Position numbers and translations under genes: made by a program
Source: Asterias rubens
Taxonomy: Eukaryota
Length of the DNA: 64,000 nt
NCBI RefSeq assembly: GCF_902459465.1
Contig: NC_047064.1
Location: 13,640,001 to 13,704,000 of the forward strand
Direction of reading: 5' to 3'
Notes under the pieces: model-generated
The model's database searches: none
What the model saw: only the letters and a program-made list of their open reading frames with translations
What the model was told of the DNA's origin: nothing
Shown: piece by piece, positions 1 through 10,400 of the stretch
Layout of the letters: the number at the start of each line of letters is the position of its first letter
Numbering within the stretch: position 1 is the first letter of the stretch

Positions 1-679
1 ATGCCAACTCAGGAAAAGAATAAACTGCAAAATTTGAACACACCATCTGAGAAGCGTTTCTATTAATAGAAGCGTTTCTATTAGTAACGCTTCTCAGTAT
101 CAAACATTTTTGGATATTATGTGACATATTTGTCTAAAGCCGCATGCATGCAGTACTTCGAAGTAAAACGTTTTACTGCCGTTATGATTTCGTAACCAAA
201 CGTATACAGACCCTTTAATATGAAGAAGAACCTATACCAGCGCTTTCTGAAATCTGCCATTTGATGTCTAAGTTGTGTACCCTGAATGAGTCATCTTCTA
301 ATTACACACAAATCACTTGCAGATCGATCAGATCGTTTAAATTAAGAACTGGCAGCTTCGTGTGTCAACAAGATTCAAAATCGGTAAAGTGGTCTTCTTT
401 CTTTCTTAAAAAAAAAACTCAAACAAAAGATGTCTGTCATAAACCCTACGTGTCATGTTCTCAGCAGCGACAGAAGAATAAATCCATTTGTCAAATATTG
501 AGATTCGGCATTAAGAATGGGGGGAATTACAATAGTGGGCAATGGTTTCTAGGAAAAAAGGAAAGGCGCATCTTTTAACGGCAATGTTTAACTAGGGTCT
601 CATAAAATAACAGGTTAAAATGTTTAATCGTATAAATATCGATATACGATATTGATAAACAAGGTATATTCTAAGGTAC

Positions 680-1054
680 TTAAAGGGCAGGTACACATTT
701 GGTAATTACTCAAAACAAATACTAACTTAAAAACTGACTTGGCAACGAGCATTGAAGAGCTGTTGATAGTATAAAACATTGTTAGAAACGGCTCCCTCTG
801 AAGTAGCATAGATTTTGAGAAAGAGGTAATTTCTCACTTAAATAATAAAAGACTTTTAGCCAGAAGTCTTTTATTCCTATCTGTAAGCACATAAATTCGT
901 CCAACAAGGGTGTTGTTTCTCTCAACATTTTCTCGCAAATTCGATGATACATTTAACTCAAATTTTCACAGGCTTGTTATTTTCAGCTTATGTTGGGATA
1001 CACCAAGTGAGAAGACTGGTCTTTGACATTACCAAACGTGTGCCTTCCCTTTAA
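680..1054. mobile_element. Kolobok-like non-autonomous DNA transposon, family K1 (about 375 bp)
   Basis: TTAA at both ends, AG...CT termini, imperfect TIRs (agggcaggtacacatttggtaat / attaccaaacgtgtgccttccct). The internal core 'agaaacggctccctctgaag' recurs more than 10 times in the window. Confidence 0.75.
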
Positions 1055-1321
1055 AGTGTTCCCTTTGAAGCATCACAAACGTAGCCAAACCAATGGTGGA
1101 AGATTGTACACTTCAAAAGGCCAATGAACTGCCTCCAGTTAACTTCTACTTGAATCTTAAAACTGTATGCATTTTGTTCTGGTTGGAAAAGGTATATTTA
1201 CAATAGGCCTGTTTTTCTGTCAAAAATTGTGATATCACTCCTCTTCATTCGCAAAATTATGTCAAAAAGCAAACTCATATCAATGCAATGTTGACTGAAT
1301 ACCAACGAAATGGTGGCAAAT

Positions 1322-2439
1322 CTAAATGACTTCATTAAGGTGTCCAAGCTCCATACCGACATCATACTGGGATTGCGACGTGTCTTGTAGGGTAACGGCA
1401 GTATACCCACAGCCAGCTCGTCGACGACTGGCGTTTCGGTGACAGCATTGTGTCAAAGCTTGACGGAATGTATTGCTTATGAGTAGGATGACGTACGGGT
1501 TCAGGGTGGAGTTGACTAGAGTCATATAGAACGGGATGTTGACAAGTGACTAACTTCTAGAAATGGCGGACGGGTCTGCCGTAAGGTCTTGGTAGTTGGC
1601 CCACAGATTGTAGAAGTGATGTGGGAACCAGAACAACTCAAAGGAAATCACGAGAAGGAGAACAACGACTGCGAGACGGTGGGTCTGTCTGCCGGATTGA
1701 TCACGGGGGACTGGTGTTGAATCAGACGGTTGACTCTCCGAAGTCTGTCCCGCTCGGTGGTGCTGGATCAGGACTCTTGCCATGTTGGCGTAGCAATACG
1801 TCATAGTGGTTAAGGGAATAATGTACATGGTGGTGACTGAGCTGTGAAAAAGACCCGAGCTGAATGAGTGAAATAGGGTAATGGTTTGCAGGACCAGTAG
1901 CCATGCTGTTCGGCCATGATGAGCAGTGGCACACCGTGGATGAGGGAAAGACACCATATTGCCAGGACAGCTACAAGAGCAAAGCGTCGACTACTATCAC
2001 GACGATGTCCCATCACCAAACTGCAGTACCGATCGATGCTAAGTGCAGTCAGGGTGAACACACTTACTCCGTGAGCCACTGCCTCACCAGCTGAAGCAGC
2101 TTTACAGATGACCCGCCCAAACTGCCAACATGGGTGGAGGTCGGTCTCCACCTTCAGCGGCACAGTGATAAGGAACAGTAGAGTGTCACCCAACGCCAGG
2201 TTAAGAATGAGGGCGTTGGTCGCCGTCCGGAGACGCTTGACGGTGGCGAAGAGAAACAGAACACACCCATTTCCAAGGGTTCGTAGAACACACAGCACAA
2301 GCATGACAACGGCTCTGCTTAGAAGATTTTCCACATGGAAATCACAGAAGGTGTCCCAAACCAAATTGGTTCCATTATTGTCTAATTGAGGGTCTTCAAC
2401 AGCATCCAAAGTGGTGAAGTTTTCAAGCTCCATCATCAT
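1322..2439 (-). pseudogene. Intronless rhodopsin-class peptide GPCR (bombesin/GRP/CCHamide/endothelin-B receptor-like), probable pseudogene
   Basis: Three ORF pieces join into a 7TM protein: TM1 'TLGN', TM2 'LILNLALGD', ECL1 'CWQFGRVICK', TM3 'SVFTLTALSIDRY', TM4 'IWCLS..GVP', TM5 'MYIIPL', TM6 'FWFPHH', TM7 'NSTLNPYVILLIS' (cf. NSCVNPFALYLLS of GRPR/BRS3). A 1-nt frameshift lies near 1835-1840 and an in-frame TAG at 1550-1552. Span 1118 nt + 1 = 373 codons. Confidence 0.85.
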
Positions 2440-2559
2440 CTCTCCTGTTTTTACGAGTTGACAACAATCAATGCTGTAATCAAAGATACTGTATGTCGTC
2501 TGTCACTCTTTCGAAACGGTAAATGGAATGCTGTGTTATATTCGGTGTCATCTGAGACT

Positions 2560-2908
2560 TTAAAGGCACTGGACACCTTTGCTAATCGTCGAAAGACCAG
2601 TTTTCTCAATCAGTGTATCCCAAAGTACAACAAACCTGGGAAAATTTGTACTCAATTGGTCATCGAATTTGCAAGAGAATAAAGAAAGAAAAAAAAACAT
2701 TGTTGCATTTTCAGATGCATAATAAAAGGCTTCAGCCTGATGTATTTTATTATTTGAGTGAGAAATAACTGTCTAAAAAACAACGCTAGTTCAGAGGGAG
2801 CCGTTTCTCACAGTGTTTTCTACTATCAACCTCTCCCCATTACTCGTTACCAAGTAAGTTTTTATGCTAACAAATATTTTAGGTAATTACCACTAAATTC
2901 CACTTTAA
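2560..2908. mobile_element. Kolobok-like MITE, family K1-related (reverse orientation)
   Basis: Starts ttaaaggcactggacac, contains cagagggagccgtttctcaca...ccaagtaag, ends ttaa. Lies about 120 bp upstream of the GPCR start. Confidence 0.65.
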
Positions 2909-3369
2909 ATTTGAAGTATGCTGATAAAGCAAAACAAAAGAAAGCAAAAGAATAGTATTTCGATAAAGAAGTATGTGTTGAAACTAAATACCATCTTTGA
3001 CCTTTTGATGCAGTGTAAGTCGAAGACCTGATAGAGTTTCCATTTGCTTGATAGTTAGGCCTGCTGGAAAGCGAAAATGTCAAGTCGAATTCCATTTAAA
3101 ATCTTTTCAATGAATAAGAAAATCGAGTCATAATGATTACAAATAGATTTTAATTATTGTGTATAAGAAAAAATTGCGAAAAGCTCCGTTACGTAATCAC
3201 TCTCACAACGTCATAGTTGGGAGCTCCAATTTGTAAAGCTGCTTTGTTGTAGCGTGGAGGTACAACAAAGCAAACATCCACAAATGACGTCAAAGCATTG
3301 TCCTTTGACGCGCGCCGTCAACGGCAAAAGTGTTTTTAGTTTTTCAAAACCTTTAGGTTGGGGCCTGAT

Positions 3370-3845
3370 TTTTAACTCGATAATACGAAAAATTCAGAAG
3401 TGTACACATATCAAAATTACATTTAAATGGTGAACAAGTGCATAAAAAACAAGTTAAAATACCAATCTGTTGAAAAAAATCCGCTCATGTAGCTGTTTAA
3501 GGTTTACTCTAACTCAGACTTAAAACTGTTATTTAAAAAAACATTAAAAATGTAAATTAGCTACACAAATTTGTTCATCTTTATCTGAAATAACAATGTT
3601 GTTGAATTTTTAACTCGATAATACGAAAAATTCAGAAGTGTACACATATCAAAATTACATTTAAATGGTGAACGAGTGAATAATAAACAAGTTAAAATAC
3701 CAATCTGTTGAAAAAAATCCGCTCATGTAGCTGTTTAAGGTTTACTCTAACTCAGACTTAAAACTGTTATTTAAAAAAACATTAAAAATGTAAATTAGCT
3801 ACACAAATTTGTTCATCTATATCTGAAATAACAATGTTGTTGAAT
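3370..3845. repeat. Tandem duplication, 2 x 238 bp
   Basis: 'ttttaactcgataatacgaaaaattcagaag...aataacaatgttgttgaat' is repeated head-to-tail with very few mismatches. Confidence 0.9.
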
Positions 3846-3949
3846 ACAACCTAAATCCAGAGCACTGTGATTATTTACACGACGTATCCATGAAAAAATC
3901 ATTACAACGAAAGAGGAGAACACCTGTTATACTCATTTGATATTTTTCT

Positions 3950-4140
3950 TTAAAAATCAAGCATCTGAAAGCACGCAACTTCGTGTGACAAGGGTGTTTT
4001 TTCTTCCATTGTTATCTCGCAACTTCGATGATCAATTGAGCTCAAATTTTCACAGGTTTGTTATTTTGTGCATAATGTTGAGATGCACCAAGTGAGAAGA
4101 CTGGTCTTTGACAATTACCAATAGTGTCCAGTGTCTTTAA
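3950..4140. mobile_element. Kolobok-like K1, 3' half
   Basis: aaatcaagcatctgaaagca...gacaattaccaatagtgtccagtgtctttaa matches the right half of K1. Confidence 0.7.
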
Positions 4141-4466
4141 ACTCCGAATGCCTCAAATATTTTGTTTTTGAGCTTTCACAATAATTTATTTCTAGCGCAC
4201 CAAATCGTTTCTTTTGCGCGTTATGATTTTGAGCGCACAAAATAATAAGGGCTGGGTATAGTTGCAATTCGTCAGCCAGAGGTAATACTGTTACATGATT
4301 ACACCTAATGAACGATCAGCCGACTATACATATGAACTTAGTGAAATTACACTTTTAGTTTCCGTTTTTCCATTCTGCTATTTCAACTCAATTCGCTGTA
4401 AGGGATCTATTTAATAAAACCAATATGTGTTTGGTATATGCCCGTACGCATCATACCCGAACTTGC

Positions 4467-7400
4467 CTAATCTACACAGCCCTGCAGAAAATCTAGAAGA
4501 GCCTTAGTGCGCAACTTTCTGGGCATCTTAAACTGATTATAATTGGCCGTAGAGGTCGCTATAATGTGATCTTTCAGTTTATTGAAGGAGCCAGGGCGAA
4601 CGACGGCAACGCGAGCCTCGCAGATTGTGCCCACTTTCCGGTACTGCTCGTAGAACTCGTGCTGTTTCCGCAGAGATTTGTCGAACTGAAATAAAATTGG
4701 AGAATAGTCATTTAAGTTGTATACACCAAAGGTATTTGTCATAAATAAAGGTTTGGCTATTTGTCATAAATAAAGGTTTGGCAAGTTGTAAGGTGATGTC
4801 TGTCCATGTAGGACACTTACATAATGTGACGATTTAAATGAACATTTCAAGTCGTTGTTTATTTAGGAGATATTACATACAATATCTCGACTATTCTTTT
4901 TTAGTCCGCACGATTAACAGAGTATTTGAAAAACTACTAAAGCCTAAAGCCGATGTTTCGAAAACAAGTATGTCCGAGACAAAAGATGAACTTATAGACA
5001 AGTCTAAAAACATGGTCTAAACGGCATATAAAACAAATTGTTACAAAGTCTATGTATTTACCATTGACATCTGATCAGCAGATAATCGAATCTCCTTGTC
5101 TGATTCGAGCTCAACGAAAAGCAAATAATACATGTCGTATGCACCACCTGGAAGCAAGACAAAGTGGTACAAATTTAGTTTCTGTTTTTACATTTGTCAA
5201 AAACAGAATGAAAGTTGATGTTTACTTTGTTCCTGCCTATTAAAGGAACACGTTGCCTTGGATCGGTCGAGTTGGTCTTTGAAAAGCGTTTGTAACCGTT
5301 TGTTATAAAATGCATATGGTTAGAAAGTTATTTTAAAAGTATAATACAATGATCCACACACATTTGCCTCGAAATTGCGTGGTTTTCCCTTTTAGTTTGC
5401 GAACTAACACGGTCGGCCATTTATGGGAGAGTCAAAAATTTGACTCCCATATATGGCCGACCGTGTTTGTCGACGAGGTAAAAGGAAAACCACGCAATTT
5501 CGAGTAATGTGGCTCATTGTATTATACTTTTAAAATAACTTTCTAATCATATGCATTCTATAACAAACGGTAACATACGCTTTCTAAAGACCAACTCGAC
5601 CGATTATTGTTAAAAATTACGCGGCTAATTTACTGCCCAAATGCATAACAAATGCACGGGTTCTGTTCCTCACTTCCCTCCCATGCACAACTTCAAATTG
5701 TTACCATTTTTGTCATCGTGCAAAAGTGGGCTCTCTGCGCATGTCCATTCTACTAGAGTAGCTCCATCCCATCCTTCTAAGCTTTCTTGAATGGCTTTGT
5801 TGACCACCAGTTTGTTAATCTTCTCACTGCGTAGATTCAGTAGCTCTCCAGTTCTAGAAATGAGACCAACGTAAATCAAACCTTTCTAGTGATTGTTATG
5901 TCGCCTTATTGTTCAACCCAAAAGACCCTTTTCATGAATATTTTTTTTATGCTCATTACATTCATACATGCGTACATACCCTTTTGGTTGGAAAATGCCA
6001 TAAGGTTGTGCATCAAGCACACGATGTTCCCTCATGTTTCTAAACATAATTTTAGTGCGCAAGCGCTAATGTGCAATATTTCGTGGGAAGGGGTAGTAAT
6101 TGTTGTATTGATTATTTTTCTAAGCTCTTGCACGATCAACTCAATATGTAATTTAGTGCTGGTTTCACTCTAAAAGCACCCGGACAAGAATTGACCCGAA
6201 GTTCTCGTCCAGTGAGCTGACCCATTTACGGGTCTGTATTACCCAAAATCTGTCTCAAAATGATCACGAAAATGTTCAAACCATGGAGGAAGAACTGACG
6301 CATGCAATTCAATTTTAAATTCCATTTTTGTAAAATACAATTTCTGGGTCGGCCTGAACCAAAAACTGAGCCCAATTTCATGGATCTGCTAACCGCCGAA
6401 TTATGCGCTTACGATCACGATTCCCCGCTTGACATGCTAGCGCCGAATTTCTGTGATATGTATTAGTAACGTGGAGTACGCACGCGCACAAGCCAAAATT
6501 TGCCGCTAACCCGTGAAATACGCTTGCCGTAAGCATAGAATTCGCTGCTTCCGTGAGCGCCGATTCTGTGCTTACGGTAAGCAGAGCCATGAAATTGGGC
6601 CCTGGTCTTTGACATTTACCACAGGTGTCCAGAGCTTTTAATGTCGGTGGTTCTTTTTACGCTGAACCATTTTAAAAGTTGTAGAGATACGTAAACATGG
6701 TTGAATAAACAGCACCAGAAAACCTGCTGGTGTCTCTGGTAATTCTGTTCGCTGCAGATTTTGTCCCGAATATGGGAATACCAGTGGGCGCTATTGCGAG
6801 AAGTTTGTACGCAGTTCTCCGTATCGGAGAGAATCTCTGGGGGACACAATTCATTTGACTATCACAACGGTTCAGTATTTACCAAGACTCTGTGGCCCAG
6901 GGTTATGGACGTCAGGCTGATCTGGAAATTCTATAAGAAATGGGATTAACTTGGATTCTGCCAAAATTTGTATGACCCATTTTATGGGCAAGTTTGCACA
7001 TATTTTGGATCTTCTTGACCCAAATGGGTCAGGCCTCAATGGGAACCGGTTCGGGGTAAATTCTACCCCGGAATTGCAGAGACTCAACGGCGCACCCAGG
7101 ATTATGTTTTTTGTTTTTTTTTGTTGGGGGGGGGGGGGGGGGGGGGCTCGAACCAATTTATTGGGTGGGGTCCAGGGGCGAAGCCCCGGTGGGGGTCCAG
7201 CTCTGAGCTTTCTGGCGTTTTGGGGGTGAAAAATCAAGCCTCTTTCTGCACAAATTTAGAAGAAAAACATACTTTTTAAGCACTTCTGATTCATATAAAT
7301 GTATCGTCTACAATTACGAACTGCAAAAATCAGTCAATAATTCAGCAGAGGTTTTTATTTTAAATAGTAATGCTGCGGACGTGGTTGAAAAGAGAACATT

Positions 7401-10400
7401 ATAGACGTTGCTACCTACTTTTCATCACCCCCCGAGCCCCCCCCCCCCTTGGGTGCGCCGTTGCAGAGACTATATAGTTTAGAAGTACGGTAAATAGCCA
7501 TATGTACTGGATATGGTGACCTGGAAAGCAGCAAAAAGATGAAAAAGCAAATAGCTGTTTTTTGAGTGCATTGATGAGTGTGCAGAAAATCAGTGTAGAG
7601 TTACGAGCTACTAAAATAGTAGGCTTTTAAAGGTGGTGAATAAGCCCGATTCTTGTTTTCAATCTTAATGTAAAAAAAAAAAAAAAAACATGAAATGATC
7701 CACCTATTACCTGTACGCAACGGTAAACACTGGGCAACTCTCAATGAAATCCACAACCTCGACCACATCACCCATACGGTAACGGTAAAAACCAGATATG
7801 GTCGTCATGGCTATCTCGTACCGTTTGCCAACCTCGACCTCATCCATTAACAGCGTCTCCGGGTTCTCTTCGGAACTGGATTGGGAAACAGAATAAGTCT
7901 AATCATGGAGGAAGGAAGAGAAGGAGCTCGAACGAAGGGACTTCAAAAGTCGCACTTGGTTCTTCACTCAACCATGGTGTCGTATGTCGTATGGATATAA
8001 TACAGAAAAACAACTTTTTTGAGACCTGATAAAATTTGTGTACACTTGTGCTCACCAAATCGAAAAACACAATTAATCGGTCGTCCAGCTGGAGGTCTCC
8101 TATCTTTTTCCACTGGTCAGACAGGGGCATTGTCAGGGTATTCTTTTGTTACTCTGCGGTTTTGCGGGTCGTTCGAGCTCCTTCTCTTCCTTCATCCATG
8201 GTCTAATCATGGTGTACGGTTATTGTACATTGTCTATCAAACCACTTCCTGAAGCAGAACTGAGGCAGACCCTTGCTCTAGGGCTGTGTTAATCACACGT
8301 GCCCCCCAAGATGGAAGAGTTTGGAACGCTAGGTGGCAGCAGACTTACCACGAAAAATCCATTGTTTACATACAGTTCTGAGCCTGCGAACAATTCCTGA
8401 AAAAATTGATTTATCTGGTATGTCTGCTGCCACATAGTGTCCTCTAAAGCCTCCCATTGCAATGATTAATTTGACCATGTGTCATTATACCGCCTTTCTA
8501 TAGGCTGAACCATACTCATATCCAGTACTGCTCATTATCGCATTTTTTTCTAGTCTTCATCGGACCATATCGGACTGTCCTTGCTCTATGCTCAGACCTA
8601 CCTCAGATGTTCTGGGATTAACTCAATCAGCATGTCGTTAGGGAGGAACGTGTACTGCTGTGGTGTCTTATCTTTCCATGTATTAACGCCAATAAACCCT
8701 TCTGTGCACCCATAGCCTGACGTGTATAGTGGGACACCTGCAGTGAAGATAATTTGCGTAGAATAACTATATTATGCTCAGTTGATTTCACGGGAAAACT
8801 AGTCTAACTTCACTTCTTCATCAAAACTTCTTTAAAAGAGACGCCTAGACTTGCCTCAAATCCCAATCCCGTGCCATCGCCATAAAACTATTGTTTTGTG
8901 ATGCTCTGCATTCCCCAATCTGTTCCCCAACCATTCTGGGACCATAATATCAACATTTTGACGGCGGGTATACTTAGGGAACTCTCGCACCAGAATTGGA
9001 CTTGAACCAAGCCTAACGATAACGCGACTTGAATCAAGCCTAGGAGACGCCATGACACAGGTGGGCGATCCTAATATTATGACTTTTCTCTTTTCGATGG
9101 GTGAGGGCGTGTGGACTATTTTGTCAGGAGGATCAAAAACATGTACATGTACTATTATGCAGTTTTATACATGAAAGTTTTGCCAACCAGTTTAACCTTG
9201 CCATCCCACCACCAAGACTGTATTATTAGTTGAACAAACATTGTGAACTTTGTGTTAAAATGCCGTTCTCACACATAATTACCTTTGGTATATCTTGCAT
9301 CGAGCTTCTTTATGTACCCAGAGATGTCGACAGACAATACATGGGCAACAAAAGGCCAGATTCTACGCATGATGCCCACGAAGCCTTTTGCAAACTCCCT
9401 CCTCAGTTCGTCTGCTCGAGCTGGGTCTGCCGTCAAAGCTGCGTCCAGAGACCGTCGAATTCCCTCATCAAGCTGTAACTTCGGGTTAACCCTTCCTAGA
9501 GTCAGATCCTCCAGGAACATCTCCTGTTCGTCTTCCAGCATTTTCATTGCCCTGTAGACTTGCGAGGTAAAAGCCCCAAAAAACTGGCAGATATTTTTGT
9601 CCGTGAGACCGAAGAGCATGCTGACGTAAGTGGCTTCGAAATCGGAGGAAATCTGGAAGCCACTGGGCGGCATGTTCTGGACAGTGGACATAAGAAAATT
9701 TGAGGCGGTACTATCAGGGAAAAACAACACTGGCGCAATACGTGCGCCAGATTTTGTAAATTTTTCCGCGGGCTTCGAGTAAAGAAAGACCATTTTCTGT
9801 ACTGAGTCTGATGGATAGAGTAATCTTGAAACAGCGTTGCCTGCTTTGTGATAATAACTTGAAGTGACCATTGGGATAAGCTTGCCCTTTCCTGTTGTGC
9901 CAGACGAAGTTCCAAATCGCTCCAGTGTTGCCGCAACGCAGACGTTCTTTTCCCCGTCAGCCAGCCTGGTGAAGTAATCTCGATAGTGTTCATACTTAGT
10001 GAGTGGATGCTTCTCACGGAACTCTTGAAGAGATTTGATGTCGCTGAAGCCATGTCTCATGCCGTACTCCGTCTTCGCATCACGGGCGAGCAGCTTCAGA
10101 AGAAAACTCTCATGCTCTTTCCTTGGACGTTTCCAGATTTTTTGCATGTTGCTGTAAACTGAAGGCGCTGTGAGATCAATAATCTGGAAAAACAAGTACT
10201 TGACCAATAGAGTCGCCAAAGTGTGGGTTTCGGAACAACGTTGAGTTGAGATGTGAAGAGCTATCATAGTTGATAGACCGCACAGACCGGCGAAGATGCC
10301 TGGGGAAAAATAAAACAAAAACAATAGAACAACTTCACAATCACATCGGACTTCCTTGGCCGCACTTCTTTGCCTGCATCCTGTTTCCCATCTGCACATC

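Noticed and set aside
6872-7237. Pro/Gly-rich ORFs (also 24266-24736, 32980-33250)
   Set aside because: Translation of poly-G/poly-C tracts inside MITEs.
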